The notes under the pieces: generated by a model
The model's input: the letters and a program-made list of their open reading frames with translations, nothing else
The model's database searches: none
Told to the model about the DNA's origin: nothing
Program-made: the position numbers and the translations under genes
Source of the DNA: Chrysomallon squamiferum
Taxonomy: Eukaryota > Animalia > Mollusca
Length of the DNA stretch: 64,000 nt
Assembly: GCA_012295275.1 (NCBI GenBank)
Contig: CM022665.1
Span: 3,472,001 to 3,536,000 of the forward strand
Direction: 5' to 3'
Shown here: piece after piece, positions 27,232 to 56,646 of the stretch
Numbering within the stretch: position 1 is the stretch's first letter
Layout of the letters: each line of letters begins with the position of its first letter

Positions 27232-28650
27232 CTTCTACACACACCATTACCTAAATAGACAAAGTATTTTTTAGCTTCATACTGTAATAATTTAGTATCT
27301 ATCAAAGGTAACATTGTATTGCAGACTTTCAGCATCATATATATATATTTAAGCTTACATTAATCTTCTTTTTTAATTGAAAAAAGGGTTAGGATCAGAA
27401 CTAGAGTTCACAAAGGGGGCACAGATTTGGTATCCATTTAACAGTCCTCAGTCAGACCATTAGATCAACCCTTCAAAATATACAAATAATGTTGTTTGAT
27501 AGTATAATACTGCTTGACTAGTTTAAAAAGAACTGATGTAGATTTTAAGATAGTAAGCAAAATCCGAATACATCCATACAGTGTCTGAAGGAAATTGCTA
27601 GAGTTTTGTTTTTTGTTTTTTGGGGTTTTTTTTAAAACTGTTCTTTCTTTCTATTAGCTAATTATTTTAATTATTGTCTCTGCAGTTCATATTTGGAAAT
27701 ATGTCAGTAGTAAACATAACAATAAAAATTAAAGCAGACATAATTTTTGTTTTTATACAGAATGAAAACAGAAACTGAAAAATGTCATGTCAGTCTTTAT
27801 GAACTTTATAAACATATCATTTCCATAAACCTAAAAAATAATAGTAATAGCAGTTATTATAATAACAGTAATAATATACAAACAATAACAGCAACATATT
27901 TAGTAACAAAACAGGGTGCACAATCTACTGCTATTAATGTCATTATACACCAGGGCAAGACAAAAAGTTATTACAAAGATTTTAGCAAACCAATTCAGCT
28001 ATCTTAATTCCTTCATCTGAACCACTGTAGTCACACACAATGCTTTTTTGATGAGACAGTCCAGGATTAGCTCACTAGTGCTACACTGATGGATTATAGA
28101 AGATTAACTAACACTCCTAGCAGGCCAGAAAAGTTCCCAAGACACAAGTAAAAACTACACATTAGTATTAAGTATGAGCCAATTCCCAGCTAAGTGCACC
28201 GTTTAATATTCCTTTGCTGTAGACAGTGTTATTTGCTTTTCCTTTTTTTTTTTTTTTTTTTTTTTTCCTCCTTTATTTTTTAAATACAGGACACATCCTT
28301 TTATTTTATTTTTTTTCTTGTTTATGTATGTATGTATGTATGTATGCACGTGTGTGTGTGTTCGTATGTGTATACGTATGTATATTTTATGTTTCATTAT
28401 TATTATTAATAATTATACAACAAATTAAGAAGTTAATTCGATTTCTTTCTTCTTGCTTTGTAGGTTAAATAATTAGGATCTTGGTTTTGTAAAAAAAATG
28501 TATATTAATAAATGTGTATCATTTGTATTTTTGATACTTCTGTTGTAACTATTTCAAAATGATAATTATTACACTACTTTTTTTGACAAAACATTATTAT
28601 ATATTAGAAAAATGTATTTTATTTTATTTTAGGCAAATTATTTTATTTTA

Positions 28651-28930
28651 TTTTTTAAACTGAAAAATATATATATATAAACATACTTTAGTTTTTTTCT
28701 TTTTCTAAATAATAATAAATCAACATATAACCTTTCAGAAGTCTTGATAATGCATTTTTACATTACAAAAATCAAATACATATATATTTTTTAAACTGAA
28801 AAATATATATATATAAACATACTTTAGTTTTTTTCTTGTTCCAAATAATAATAAATTTAACACATAACCTTTCAGAAGTCTTGATAATGCATTTTTACAT
28901 TACAAAAATCAAATACATATATATTTTTAA
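28651..28930. repeat. Tandem duplication of about 136 bp (2 copies)
   Basis: ttttttaaactgaaaa...ataacctttcagaagtcttgataatgcatttttacattacaaaaatcaaatacatatatat occurs twice with few differences. Confidence 0.92.
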
Positions 28931-29687
28931 AACAGGAAACAGTGTGGACAGACACATACATATACTATTACTACAGTTACATCAGCAAAGCTCTGTCATG
29001 AATCTAACACAAATAAAATGAACAGCACACGAACAGCCCAAGACAGGTATTCAGAAAGCACAAGTGTATAGACAGATAAATGAAAACATTAGCGTGTCTA
29101 GGACATGCAAGCATTTGATCTCACTGAATGCAAACCACAGGTATGCAAGAAATCCCAAAACTCAGGTATTAAACTACTTTAAGTGGGTCATCTTGACCTC
29201 GGAGTTCACCTCAGTATTTATGTAAAGTCTCTCTGCTCCACAAACAATGTTTATTTGGAAAAACTCAAAATACCAGGAACTAACTCTACTTATTGTGGTG
29301 CGTATTATTTTTTTGAGGGTTTTGTTTTCCTTCTTTGTGAGCAATTTAATATTTATATATGATACGGTTATGTTTTATTTTTATTTTTTTCCTAGAATAC
29401 AAGTATTTATTAGCTTTATACAGTTTTACTTTTTAATGTGAAGAGGGTTCATTTAATTTTAATTACTGCAGGGGATTGGGATTTTTTCTTTTTTTTTTCC
29501 CCTCCCACAATAAATTTAATTTCTAGACAAGAAGACATTGCTGTTTTCTAAAAACAAAATCAGACTGCTCTCATTTTTCAAAACCTGGCTTTGTGACATT
29601 TACTATTCAACACCTTCAGTTAAACAAAACAAAGTGTAATGTGACCCATGTTCTACTGTTACTAAAAGTTGGATGTGAATCTATTTC

Positions 29688-29718
<31 letters not shown>

Positions 29719-32184
29719 TTTAGATACAGTTTATATTGAAATTAGAAACTACTTTTTTGTTCTTTTTCCATTTAAAAAATGAAATACGATAATTTTAATA
29801 ATATTCTTTCATAATCATATTATTTTTTTTTTTTAATTTAATTTTACATATACTTAATTGCTAAAAATAACTTTAAAAAAATGTATTTAGTATGTGAAAA
29901 TGATTTTTCTGATGCATCAATGTTTTGTCAAAAATAGTAAGTGTATGTGTGTATGCGTGTGTGTGTACATGTGTGATCCACAAAAAATATATATATTTTA
30001 ACTATTACTGTTGCATGTATGTTAATCTTATGAACTATACTTCAGTATATAATGAGGACCAATTGCTCAAGACAGAATGAAATAACTTGGGCAAAAATGA
30101 AATTCCAAAACTTAACTACTGTTACTTATTTTCATAGAATAACAAGACAACAAAAATAAAGATAAATTAATAACAATAATAATGAAGAATTAATAACAAT
30201 AAAAAATAGTAATAATAATGATAAATTAATAACAAATAATAATGACAAAATTAATAACAATAATAACAATAGTAATAATAACAATGATAAAAAAAAGGAT
30301 AAATAAATAATGTTGCAACAAGGTAAGCTAGTTTGGTAATAAATTTTAGATGTACAGGTTTATAAAATACAAAATATTTTAAAATGAATGCTAACAATTT
30401 TATATCTAAAAAAAAACACACAAAAAAAACCTGTTAATTAGTTATCATATGTACACAAATATTCACAAAACATAAAATAAAACAAGTGTGTATATAAATG
30501 TGCAACATGTCAGATTAAAGCAATTCAATACTGCATACATAAAAAGTGAAAAATAGTAAAAACAAAATAATAATAATAATAAAATTAACAGGGCTGTAGA
30601 AAGTACAAAGTTCAAAGGTGTTTTTTTGTTTTTTTCTCTCCCTTTTCCCTATGACATAAAAAAGAAGTAAGTAAATATTGGATTAACACAAGATCTGCAT
30701 GTGCACTGATTTTAGCAGCAGAAATGTGTTTAGTTAACACCTCTGTAATCTCTTGCTGTTGTAGAGAAAGCCCAACTTCCTGCAGTTATGTGATCAGTTG
30801 TCACTGCACGGCAGTGAAACCCATAAACCACACATCAGGGACAACCACATCTAAACAACAGCAACGGCCAAATCTTTGTGGAGCACATTATTTTTATTTT
30901 CTCTTTGTTTAACCTCGGTTGCAGGTTAAATAATGTTTAGGTGTTAAAAGTTTCATTTTTCTAAATGATGTTCTTTGATTTGTGTTTTATGAATGTTTAT
31001 TAACCATTGTGAAAGATGAATTTTTAAATATTTAATGATGAATATAAAATTTTTAAATATATTTATACCTTATTTGTTCAGTCTGTAAAACTATTCTGTA
31101 TGGGGGTTTTTTCCCCATAATTTCCTGACAACATTTACTTTCATGCCAAACAAGTTATTATTATTTTTGTTATTAATTTATATGAGTTTAATATGTTTTA
31201 ATTTCATTACCCATTCTAAAAAAATAAAATTAAATATATAAATTTTGCATTAAATTCAGTTAATTATAATGTATAATGTAAAAAGCAAATACTGCATTTA
31301 ATTATTAATACTACTCTCAAAAATATGTTATTTTTCAAAAAACCCATGTTTACCCATTTTGTAAAACATAACAAGATTAACACTTTCCTGTTTATGTTAT
31401 CCTGGTATGAAAATTAACAGTAAAATCATAATGGATTTCTTTAATCCATTATCTATGAGGCCTTTCTTTTCTTTTTTTAAATATAAATCTGCACTGAAAT
31501 TAATAAAATGCTTTAATATAACAGGTCACATGTGTATACACGCTCTTTGAAAATGCATTCAATAATCCTTAAGGTAATAACTTCTGTCCTTCACGTCTTC
31601 TAAAAGAGATGTCAAAAATGTTTGTTGTGAAGTCTGACTCCATGATTATTAATTTAAAACCTTATTTTACCTTAAATTAAAAACAGCATGTTTAACTTAA
31701 ATGTTTATACACGTTAAAGCCTGATTTACTATTACAGTTCTGATTTCTGAAGGTGAGTGTTTTAATGTTTAGTACTGTTATTATTTTTATTCATTTATTA
31801 ATTATTATTTATTTATTTATTTATGTTCTACATTATTAGAGTGACATTTATTAGTTTCTTCACCATTTCGTTCTGCTGGAACTAAAAGACAAAGAAATAA
31901 ATTTAAATTTGATAGATCACGTGCGAATGACACAAACCGATAAACAATCATTTAAGTGGGCTTCAGCATCTACAGTTCATAAATGTTTTTTTTTTAAATA
32001 CAGGGAAATTATCAAAGTGTATGTCATAAGATAAGACTTATCGGTATGTTATAAGCAACCCACGCATATTATTGTGACAAGGTCAGTGAGGGGGTGTGGC
32101 CTGAGCAACAATCAGCTGACGACAACAGAACTGCACGAGACCGCTAACACAATTAGTTAAACTAATGCTTTCAAATCAAAGTAC

Positions 32185-32345
32185 CTTGTCTACTTTACTG
32201 CTACTTGTTTTCGTTCGAGGTCAAGATAATTTTATACATCCATGGATTACTGTACAACTATTATAACAGTTCAGCAAATGTTGCAAACGGCATTATTTCA
32301 AGCTTGAACACAATCCAATACACATGTACCGCCATTTCTTTTACC
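32185..32345 (-). other. supt3h: Probable 5' (largely non-coding) exon 1 of Supt3h
   Basis: Begins at the YY1-type AAATGGCGG element. Candidate donors AAG|GTACTT (32185/32184) and GCG|GTACAT (32330/32329). The exact boundary cannot be fixed without transcripts. Confidence 0.45.
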
Positions 32346-32378
32346 ACTGCGCATGCTCAATAAACAAGAAATCACGTG
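32329..32378 (-). promoter_or_regulatory. Housekeeping-type promoter pointing left (Supt3h)
   Basis: CCGCCATTT YY1 motif (32329-32337), TGCGCATGC NRF1-like motif (32348-32356) and CACGTG E-box (32373-32378), at the point where CpGs become frequent. Confidence 0.65.
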
Positions 32379-33429
32379 GGCAGCGGTATGTCAGTTTATC
32401 TTGTAGCGGCAAAGATCAAAGGGCTAACAATAAAACCACAAATATTTAACCTGTGACATAACACAGGTAGGAATTTGACGTATAAACAATTGTTTTTTCA
32501 GTAATAATGGATTAATACATTTTAGTATCAACTAAATGTCTAGGACTTTTATTTTACTACATTTTTTCTTCATTTTTGATTTTTATAATACAAATAATAG
32601 GTCAACCGTAACAAATACGCAATAGTTTATTGTATAATTGAAGGTTCTTCTTCTCTAAATTTCCAAATAAAATTTCTAATTATATAAAATGCGAAACATA
32701 ATTTATTAACTGTTAATTTGTTGCTCCGAAGATATATACTGTTGTAAATTTCTAGAAAGTAGTTTTGATTTCAGTCACATTTTATACAGATTGTTGTTGT
32801 TGTTATTATTAGTATTATTATTATTATTATTATTATGTGAGAAAATATATATTCCCAACATTCATTTTGAAAACTTTTAAAAACAGTATTCAACTTATAT
32901 TTTTATAAATGAATAAATCAAGTAGAACATTTGAATTATTATATCTCTAATAAAACATAAAATACAGACTATATATCTAATTATGAATACATTCTTTTTA
33001 ACTGATATCTTTTCATTATGTTTAATCAATAATAACTTTTTAATGGTATCATAAGTCTCATGATCATATTCTTTTTCTTCGTAAAAAGAAAATAATAATA
33101 AAAAAAATTAAATTTTATTTTCAGATATTAATAATATTTACTGCTTTCTTTTTTAATTACAATATCTTTTTCTTTTTAATAGTTACTTCATTTTGCATGT
33201 ATCTTTCTGTTTCTTAGCATTACCTTTCAAGCGTATCACAAACATATATCCGCAAGAAAAATAGTTCTTGACCTAACAATAATCAAACAAAAGAAAAAGC
33301 TAATAAAACCTATTACTAAGTATTTTTTAAAATTAAAATGGATATATATCAAAACCGTAAAAACTGAACTGGATTTTTGGTCAAAATGGAATATTTGTAT
33401 TTGCCTTCATAACTTTTGTTTTCGAAATC

Positions 33430-48290
<14,861 letters not shown>

Positions 48291-48585
48291 ATTACAGACA
48301 CGTTCTACAAAAATATATACAATTAGGGTACAAGTGCAATGTTCGGCTTCTGGATTTACTTGAAGACATTTACAAACTGGACAAGAGGACTTCTCTTTTC
48401 TGATATACGTTTCTGTTTTTCTGAAAACTGTTGTAAGGAAGTAATAGAAGAAAGTCCTCAGAATATTTATATGTTTGTTTTTCCAGACTATTTATCTTCA
48501 TCATTTGTTCTCTCGAAGATAGCTACAGTGCTGCCAGAGAGAAGACTGCTCAATGACCAAAGACCATACTTTTTAATTACAAAAC

Positions 48586-48642
<57 letters not shown>

Positions 48643-51600
48643 TGTATTTGTATTTGTATTATTTGTATCTGAGTTTTATAAAAGATCATTTCGATTTTTT
48701 GTTTACAAATTTCAGTTTTAAAAGAATATAATTAATGACCATATCAAAATTCACGTCCTGATCCATTTTTACCTTTGTGATGAGTTTATTATTGTATATA
48801 TACACAATGTTTATTATTTTATTTTAAACAAATAAGATATAAAAAAAAAATCTTCAATATGTCATTGAAATTGTTACCAATATAAATAGGCGTACGGGAT
48901 AAAGTGTGGTGGTGACAGGTAGATGAATTTAAATGTAAAAATTCATAACGATCCTTTTGCAAATCCATACTGCTATTTGTGATAATGCAAATATTAATAA
49001 ACACTGTTACGGAAATTCAAGCATTTTAGTTTAAAACCTTTAAATTAGGTCAGAAAGAAGTCATACCACACGTCATCAATAACAACAACAACAACAAAAA
49101 AAAAAAAAATAAAATAATAATTGTTATAAATAAATAAATAAATAAATTAATTAATTAATAAAAATGAGAGCCCGTACGCCTATAAATATATTTTATTTCT
49201 GGATTATTTGTGGCTTTTCACAAATGAAAACTATTGTAACCTCTTGTGAGGTCAGTGTCAGATGTTTGATCACAGATGCTTTACTTATACACCATTTGTA
49301 ATTAATCAATTTTATCCAGTTTTGTGATATTATGTTTATATTGTTCTTTAAATTAATAGCCAATCGAAACAGTGCTGCATTTACAACTATGTATTTAAAT
49401 TCCACGATCAGTCTTTACATGTAAGTATGTGATGTTTTGCTTGTCAAAGTCACATATCTGCCTTTAACTGTATTTTGTGCTATCTTATTGATGAAATCGT
49501 GGTTAATATTTTTTAAATATGTTGTGTTCATTGCGTTACAAGAGTACAAACAAGTTATATGTAATACTGATAGACTTTTTGTAACAGATAAATATATTTT
49601 ATTACATTTTTAGCTATTTTTTGTGTATTGTATTTTACGTTAGTATGTTATACTGGTTCGAAGGATTAGGAAATATGTTGTTTTGGGGGTTGATATTTTT
49701 TAAATCTTTTTTCTAAATCTGAAACGAGGGCTAATCCATTATTTTAGAAACTAGCAGGCACTATAATTGCAGTGGATATAATTTCATTATACCAGTAAAA
49801 TCAGACAATACCACTGGTAGAGACAAAATTAAAAAAAAAAACGACAGGGAACATCTATGCCCCTGGATTTGGGTATGCAGAATACAAGTCAGCCATTTTT
49901 GGTCAGTATTGCATTGAAAAGTTTATTTCTAGTGCCATTCATAATATATATAAAAATAAACCTATTTTTGTAGAATGTTGTGGTATGTTTATAAACTTTT
50001 TATAAACTGTAGTTTCGTACAAGAAGATCAGAGCCAAATTATTCTGCTATTTTATACGACATGCTTTTGGTGGGAAATTTTATAAAAGAAATGATTTAAT
50101 TCGATATCGTGTGTGGTTTGCTTTGCTTGAGACGCCAGCATTTTGCTGGAGCAAGAGGAGACCTCCCAAAAAAAAAAAAAAAAACGCTAAGAGAACGAGA
50201 CGATTTGCCACGGAAATTAATCTGTCAGGACTTGGGTTTTTTTCTCTCTATCATTCTCAGTTGGAATCCGATTAATTCTGCCTGTGGTTATTTTGTAATT
50301 TTAAAAAAAAAAATTTTTTTTTTTTTTTTTTTTTAATAAATGTGGCATTTTTAAGAAAAACAAATACAGAATATCAGAGTTGAAGTTATGCACAAATGAA
50401 CAGAACAGCAATCCCTCTTTTTTTTTTTTTTTTTTTTTTTTTAATTTTTTAAATTTTGTAAGAGTATCTTAAAATTTATCATGTGTCTATTTCGCTTATT
50501 TTTCGACGCTGTTTTATAGAGAACCGTTATTAAGTAGCCGCATGCTTTTATTTATAGTTTCTGTATTTGTAAATCCCGAAACCGTAGACTCAGCTACTCA
50601 ATTATTCAGTGTCACAATAGTTTACATTATTTATTGTGGCATATATATACCATCCATGAATGTAAAATGAATACGACAGATGGTTTAGTTATGTATATAG
50701 ACGCAGATAGACAGACAAACACACACACACATTTATGTAAAAGCGAAGGAGATTATTTACGAAGTAGTAATAGACACAAACAGTTTAATTTTCGTAGAAA
50801 GAAAAGGAAACTTTTTGTTTAGTATGCAGAACACAAAAATACATCTGCAGACGATTGTCACTGTTTAATGACCTCCCACTTCGACACACAACTGCCGTAA
50901 CATTTAACGGTTTCTTCAAATTATCGTCTTTAAATATAGAACATCGTAACCCACTGGGAACCAAAAGTGACATCAGTTTTATGTCTTCTGTGGGCGTCTG
51001 TGTCCTTTTATTCAGCGACTAATGATTTTCGCTTTCAGATTTATCTGCTGAGATGGCAAATGATTTATGGAACCAGATCCGATATCGTACTGGGTGTTAC
51101 ATTACAGTAATCATTATACCAACTGTCCTACACTTCTTCTGTCACCGTTTTTTGAATCTTTATCTGCAAATAACAGAATCTATATACGTCCACTAAACAC
51201 ACGCACACACACGCATACACACATATAAATATATATTCATGTACATATTATTCGCATGCATCCATATTTGTACATATACACGCACAAAAATACACATGTA
51301 TGTATGTATCTTCATCCAGGCGCGCATACATGCATACCATGTATATAAACATAAATATATACATACACATATTGTCGAAAAAGGTGAAGTACATGCACAC
51401 ATATACAGACATACTTTTTCTTTATGGAATGGACGCCATTTGTAACAAACATGATGAAGACTGATTAGAAATTAAATAAAACCCATTACTGTATAAACTG
51501 GTAATGTCAACAGAATTTTGCTTCAAAGTAAAAATCTGATTCAAATTCGTGGATGGTATTAAGTAGCGAACAAATCAGCGATTATTTTTATTTTTTTTTG

Positions 51601-51934
51601 GTTGTTTTCCATTGTTGTCTTCTTTTTTGCTCACTCGGTTATGAAATTATTTCTGGATTAACATACGTTTTGATTTCATAGATGATGACATGACTGTTTG
51701 GCTGTATTATACAGCAGACGAACATTCATTTCTGAGTTTTTTGTCCAGCATGTCAGATTCTTCTTTATTTTATTTATTTACTATTATTTTTTTTTTTTTT
51801 AATAGCTAACCCAACATCACAAAAAAAAAAAAAAAAAAAAAAAAACTTAATTTTCTAGGGAAAAAAATTCAGGTTGACAATTTTTTATTAGAATTCAAAA
51901 TATTAAGATTTTTTTTTTTTTTTACATTTAAAAT

Positions 51935-51965
<31 letters not shown>

Positions 51966-51976
51966 TTCTTTTAATT

Positions 51977-52103
51977 ATTTTTAATTTTTTAATTTTAATA
52001 TTATTATTATTTTTATTTTTAATTTTTTAATTTTAATATTATTATTATTTTTATTTTTAATTTTTTAATTTTAATATTATTATTATTTTTATTTTTAATT
52101 TTT
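51977..52103. repeat. 38-bp AT-only tandem repeat, about 3 copies
   Basis: Period of 38 seen at the recurring ttttaatattattattattttta core. Confidence 0.8.
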
Positions 52104-52689
52104 GTGCTTTTATAAATAAAATCTATTGAAGTGTTTAGATACGGTCGGAAAATATGCAACAAAGTACGTCTGATTCATATATATATATATATATTATTAT
52201 TTTCTTTTGCGTGGTTTTCTTTTTGAGGGATAAATAATTTTTATAGCTGTAGCCTTGTGAGAAGGGTGTGCATCATTTTGTTCTGAATCTTCTGTACATA
52301 CATTTCAATGTACAAAATATCTGTTTTCTATTTTCTGGGACTTGTACTTTTTATTTTTTTTTTTTTATTTTTTATTTTTTATTTTTGTTATGGGAAGAGG
52401 GTCTGTTGCAACTGTCATGTTTTGAACATGGTGCCTCAGGGTAAGTTCCGTTAGTATGCATTCTGACTTCGGTTTAGAAGACAGCCTTAAGCCAAAGATG
52501 CAGTTGAAAATGCTCATGGAATGAGTGATGTAAAGTCTATGCAGGATGGTATGTGATGAACATTACGTTGTTGATTTCTACACAAGAGTACCTTTTACAT
52601 TGTTACTGTCAGACGTCGCCAACGACATAATCCAGAGATGGAAGGAAATGTTTTATATTAAATACCGACGACGATGATCATGATCATTA

Positions 52690-52690
52690 A

Positions 52691-52751
<61 letters not shown>

Positions 52752-52755
52752 GTTA

Positions 52756-52793
<38 letters not shown>

Positions 52794-52845
52794 GGTATTA
52801 TTGGTATTTTTATTATTGTTATTGTTATTATTATTATTGTTATTA

Positions 52846-52906
<61 letters not shown>

Positions 52907-52920
52907 TGTTATTATTATTT
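52690..52920. repeat. Long interrupted (ATT)n microsatellite
   Basis: Directly visible. Confidence 0.95.
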
Positions 52921-53468
52921 AATCCATTCATGCATTTTTCATAAGTATTATCTGGAAAACCAGCCTTGTCCTAAAACAGAATCAAACCTTTATACTATAA
53001 AAAAAAAAAAAAAAAAAAATCTGTTTTCATTTTGTTTTTTTTTCCGTTTCTTAACAGCTGTTAAAATTAACGAGTTTTAACAAGCCCACCTACAATTTTC
53101 CACGTTACCACGCATTTCCTGCCATCTCCGGCTAAAATGTCTATCTGTGCGACTGAAACGTATGTTGTTACTGATTGCATTTAAGATCATTAGTGGTAAC
53201 TATGTGTTGTAAATGTCATGACAAGTATAATTATTTTGTAATTCAAGGAAAATTTTTTTTTTTTTTTTTTTTTTTTCTCGTATTCTTCTTCTTTTTGCTG
53301 CCTACATACAGCACATGTGGTCACGATCATTAATAGTGAATGTGAAATCTCTAACGATCTGAATTTTATATTTTTTATTTTTTTTACATATATCCTCATG
53401 TTCGGTTTCGATAATAACTCTGTTGTATTACGGCTACATTACAAATAGAATGGCTTATTATTATTATA

Positions 53469-53525
<57 letters not shown>

Positions 53526-53601
53526 GCATATTAAATTCGCCTGAAAATTATAATTAATAAGTATTAGGTCCATAAAAAAGATGGGAAAATGCGTATTATT
53601 G

Positions 53602-53717
53602 TTACGTATTAAATTCTACAAAAGTACGTCCACAATTACGTATTAAGTTCTACAAAAGTACGTCCACAATTACGTATTAAGTTCTACAAAAGTACGTCCA
53701 CAATTACGTATTAAGTT
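53602..53717. repeat. 34-bp tandem repeat, about 3.4 copies (ttacgtattaagttctacaaaagtacgtccacaa)
   Basis: Units start at 53602, 53636, 53670 and 53704. Confidence 0.92.
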
Positions 53718-54329
53718 AGCAGAAAATACGTATTACTAGAGCATGCTAGCGAATCTTACGCAACAGTTCTCATATACAAATGTTATGACGTGTCCTACAT
53801 GTATTTTAAAATATACGTATTAAAGTAGAAATACTGAAATAGTGAAATGAATTTGTGTTTAGGAATGAATACCTTTAAAAGGCGATTTGATAGAAATTGT
53901 ATATGTTTTACTTGAATATACTTATAGCTAACACATTTTTATACATACTATTGATATGATTCTCATCCAAAACATAGAAATAATTTTTTTAAATATGAAA
54001 AGGACTTTTCTAAAAAAAACAAAAAAAACAACAAAAAAAAATCGCATTCCGTATGTTCAAATGTGCAAATACGTCAAATCAATGCAAATTTTTTATTATA
54101 ATTTATTTTCATCATTTACTATTATTATATTATATGTAGGTATTATTTATAATTTAGTATAAACTTAGTATAGAATCCATTATAATGCTTACGTTTAGAA
54201 GAAAGAAGTACACTGTATGATTTAGAAAAATAAACTGCTAATATTATACATTTTTGTAAACTTAAAACATTTATAAACAAAAAAAGAAAAAGAAAAAAGG
54301 TCTGTTGCGTCCATTTTAAATACTTATTA

Positions 54330-54382
<53 letters not shown>

Positions 54383-54542
54383 GATTGTAGTTTTGTACCT
54401 TTCTTTTTTATTTTTTTTATTTTTTATTTTTTAAAGGCTAATTTTATATTATTTTAATGGAACATGTTTAAAAATGTTTCAGAATATATTTTTGCGGTAA
54501 TTTTAAATCTTCAGTTAATTAATCAGGATTTTTATTATATTG

Positions 54543-54779
54543 TCAAATGTGGTCAAGCTTACAGTGATATCTTCGCCATTCGGAATACTCGGGACATCTG
54601 CGTTCGTTTCGGCGAAAATGGGTGGAAATACGTATTATTATAATATACTTTCCTGTTGATTTCTTTATCACGATTCCAATAAATAATAATAATAATAATA
54701 ATAATAATATCGTTTCCTAATCATAAAGAATATTCCGAATGGTCAAAAGAATCACTGTCGCCATTATCACACATTTCGA
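54543..54779. mobile_element. MITE-like element with imperfect terminal inverted repeats
   Basis: acagtgatatcttcgccattcggaatactc (54561-54590) versus gaatattccgaatggtcaaaagaatcactgt (54728-54758, reverse complement acagtgattcttttgaccattcggaatattc). Weaker complementarity extends outward (aaatgtg / cacattt). No ORF and no clear TSD. Confidence 0.55.
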
Positions 54780-55069
54780 TGATGTCATCAGTTTATGACG
54801 GCATTTTGTACAGTAGCACCTATTCACTTGTTACATAGCACAGAGAATACAGTAGTTGTGTGCCGTATTGGCCTCTACGTGTATTTTATTGAAAATATCG
54901 TGGCTAACTGATGCTTTATTTTACTGTTTTATCTTGTTGACGTTCAGTGTACATTGCTTTAAATTGTGGCTTCCAATAAATCACTTTAATTGTCTGAAAG
55001 CGTTTGATTATGTGTTTAGGTTCAAAAGGTCATCCACGAAAGTTCTAAATCGAGTTCGTGTTTGTGTGT

Positions 55070-55085
55070 CTGTGTGTGTGTGTGT

Positions 55086-55170
<85 letters not shown>
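55070..55170. repeat. (TG)n followed by (GA)n microsatellite
   Basis: Directly visible. Confidence 0.95.
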
Positions 55171-55173
<3 letters not shown>

Positions 55174-55678
55174 TAAAACAAGTGGAATTTTCCTTCTAAA
55201 AGCTGCTCAATGTATGGCTCAACTAACATTGATTATATCATCATCTCTTCTTTAAAAAGTTATACTTGTCCAATTATTTAATTAATCAAATAAGAAAAAC
55301 ATATATTTCATCATACAACTAGAGAAGTAATCTTTTGTCGCGGATACTTTTTAAAATGTAATGAAAATGACTAATTGTGAGTGCTGGAGGTTTATCTGCT
55401 GATTTATTTATTTATTTATTTACTTTTTGTAAAATATGGATCAGTAGACTTCACACTCTTTTTGAGAAAAGACATCACGAATATATAATATTTTAACAGA
55501 ACTCAGAGACAGCTAAAAAAAAAAAAAAAAAAAAAAAAAAAATGTTCAGGCATTATAGTCCCTTCACATTTGATCTACACTTCAGAATTACAAAAGTCCC
55601 ACAAGAGATGGAAATCTAAATATTAAATACTCGAAATATAAAATTAAATCCATCCATAAACTTTCTAAAAAAAAAAAA

Positions 55679-55733
<55 letters not shown>

Positions 55734-56032
55734 CCAGCAAATTATACTATATTTTAATCGGCGAACTAATCGGTACATTTTTTTTGCCAATATTTCTCTT
55801 CTGAAAATTTATGCACGAGCTAATAATAACCTGTACAACTTACCTAACATAATTAATTCATTATCATTTTGTATGTCAGAATAAAACAAGTTATAAACCA
55901 ACATTTCAAACAAACCATCGTCAATAAATCTTTTAAAAATTCCCCGTCTATTTATTTAAGCCTTCACTCAGACGACTTCTATAATTTAAATCCCTGGAAC
56001 AGAAAAGAAAAAGAAGAAGAAGAAGAAGAAGA

Positions 56033-56076
<44 letters not shown>

Positions 56077-56602
56077 CAACAACCCGACATTAATCCATTA
56101 AAGACGCACGATCCGTTTCCACATAATGTGCATCTTTTTGAGTGTAATTATACTGTAGGTGAGTATCCTCACACAGAGCCGCATGTCAAGCCGACAGTCT
56201 GGTGCCCAACACATCTGCTGTTGTGTTACTAGTGCATTAGACTGCATATGTTTTTTTTTTGTGTTTTTTTTTAGAACAACAAATAATTGTTGTATCAGAT
56301 TAAACAGGCACATATTCCGATCGGCATGGCCAGAGACAGGTACGGAGAAAAAAAAAAAAAAAAAAAAAAAAAAGCCTTTGTGGAGCCATGTTTGAAAATA
56401 TGCACACATCAATTACTTGGAATGAAAAAGATTCTTTAATCGGAAAGGTTTCCATCATAATTACCAAGGTTGTGGCGCCCATCTGTCGAATGCGCGTGTT
56501 AAATTTACCGTATATATTAGCGATTGGAGCCGATAGAAAAAGAATATTAAAAAAAAAAAAAAAAAAAAAAAAGAACAAAATTATTTTATTATGATTATGT
56601 TG

Positions 56603-56646
<44 letters not shown>

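Noticed and set aside
27153-27338. 61-aa minus-strand ORF in the track
   Set aside because: Wrong frame. The meaningful frame is the Supt3h exon starting at ATG 27231.
31810-31885. Minus-strand acceptor-like ttctttgtcttttag followed by a short open frame (PAERNGEETNK...)
   Set aside because: No donor or homology, and it ends in a stop within AT-rich sequence. It cannot be supported as an exon.
48339-48731. 130-aa ORF just after the Runx stop
   Set aside because: 3'UTR sequence; the poly-Tyr comes from (TAT)n.
48291-49700. Runx polyadenylation site
   Set aside because: Many AATAAA-like hexamers occur in AT-rich repeats, so no single site can be supported.
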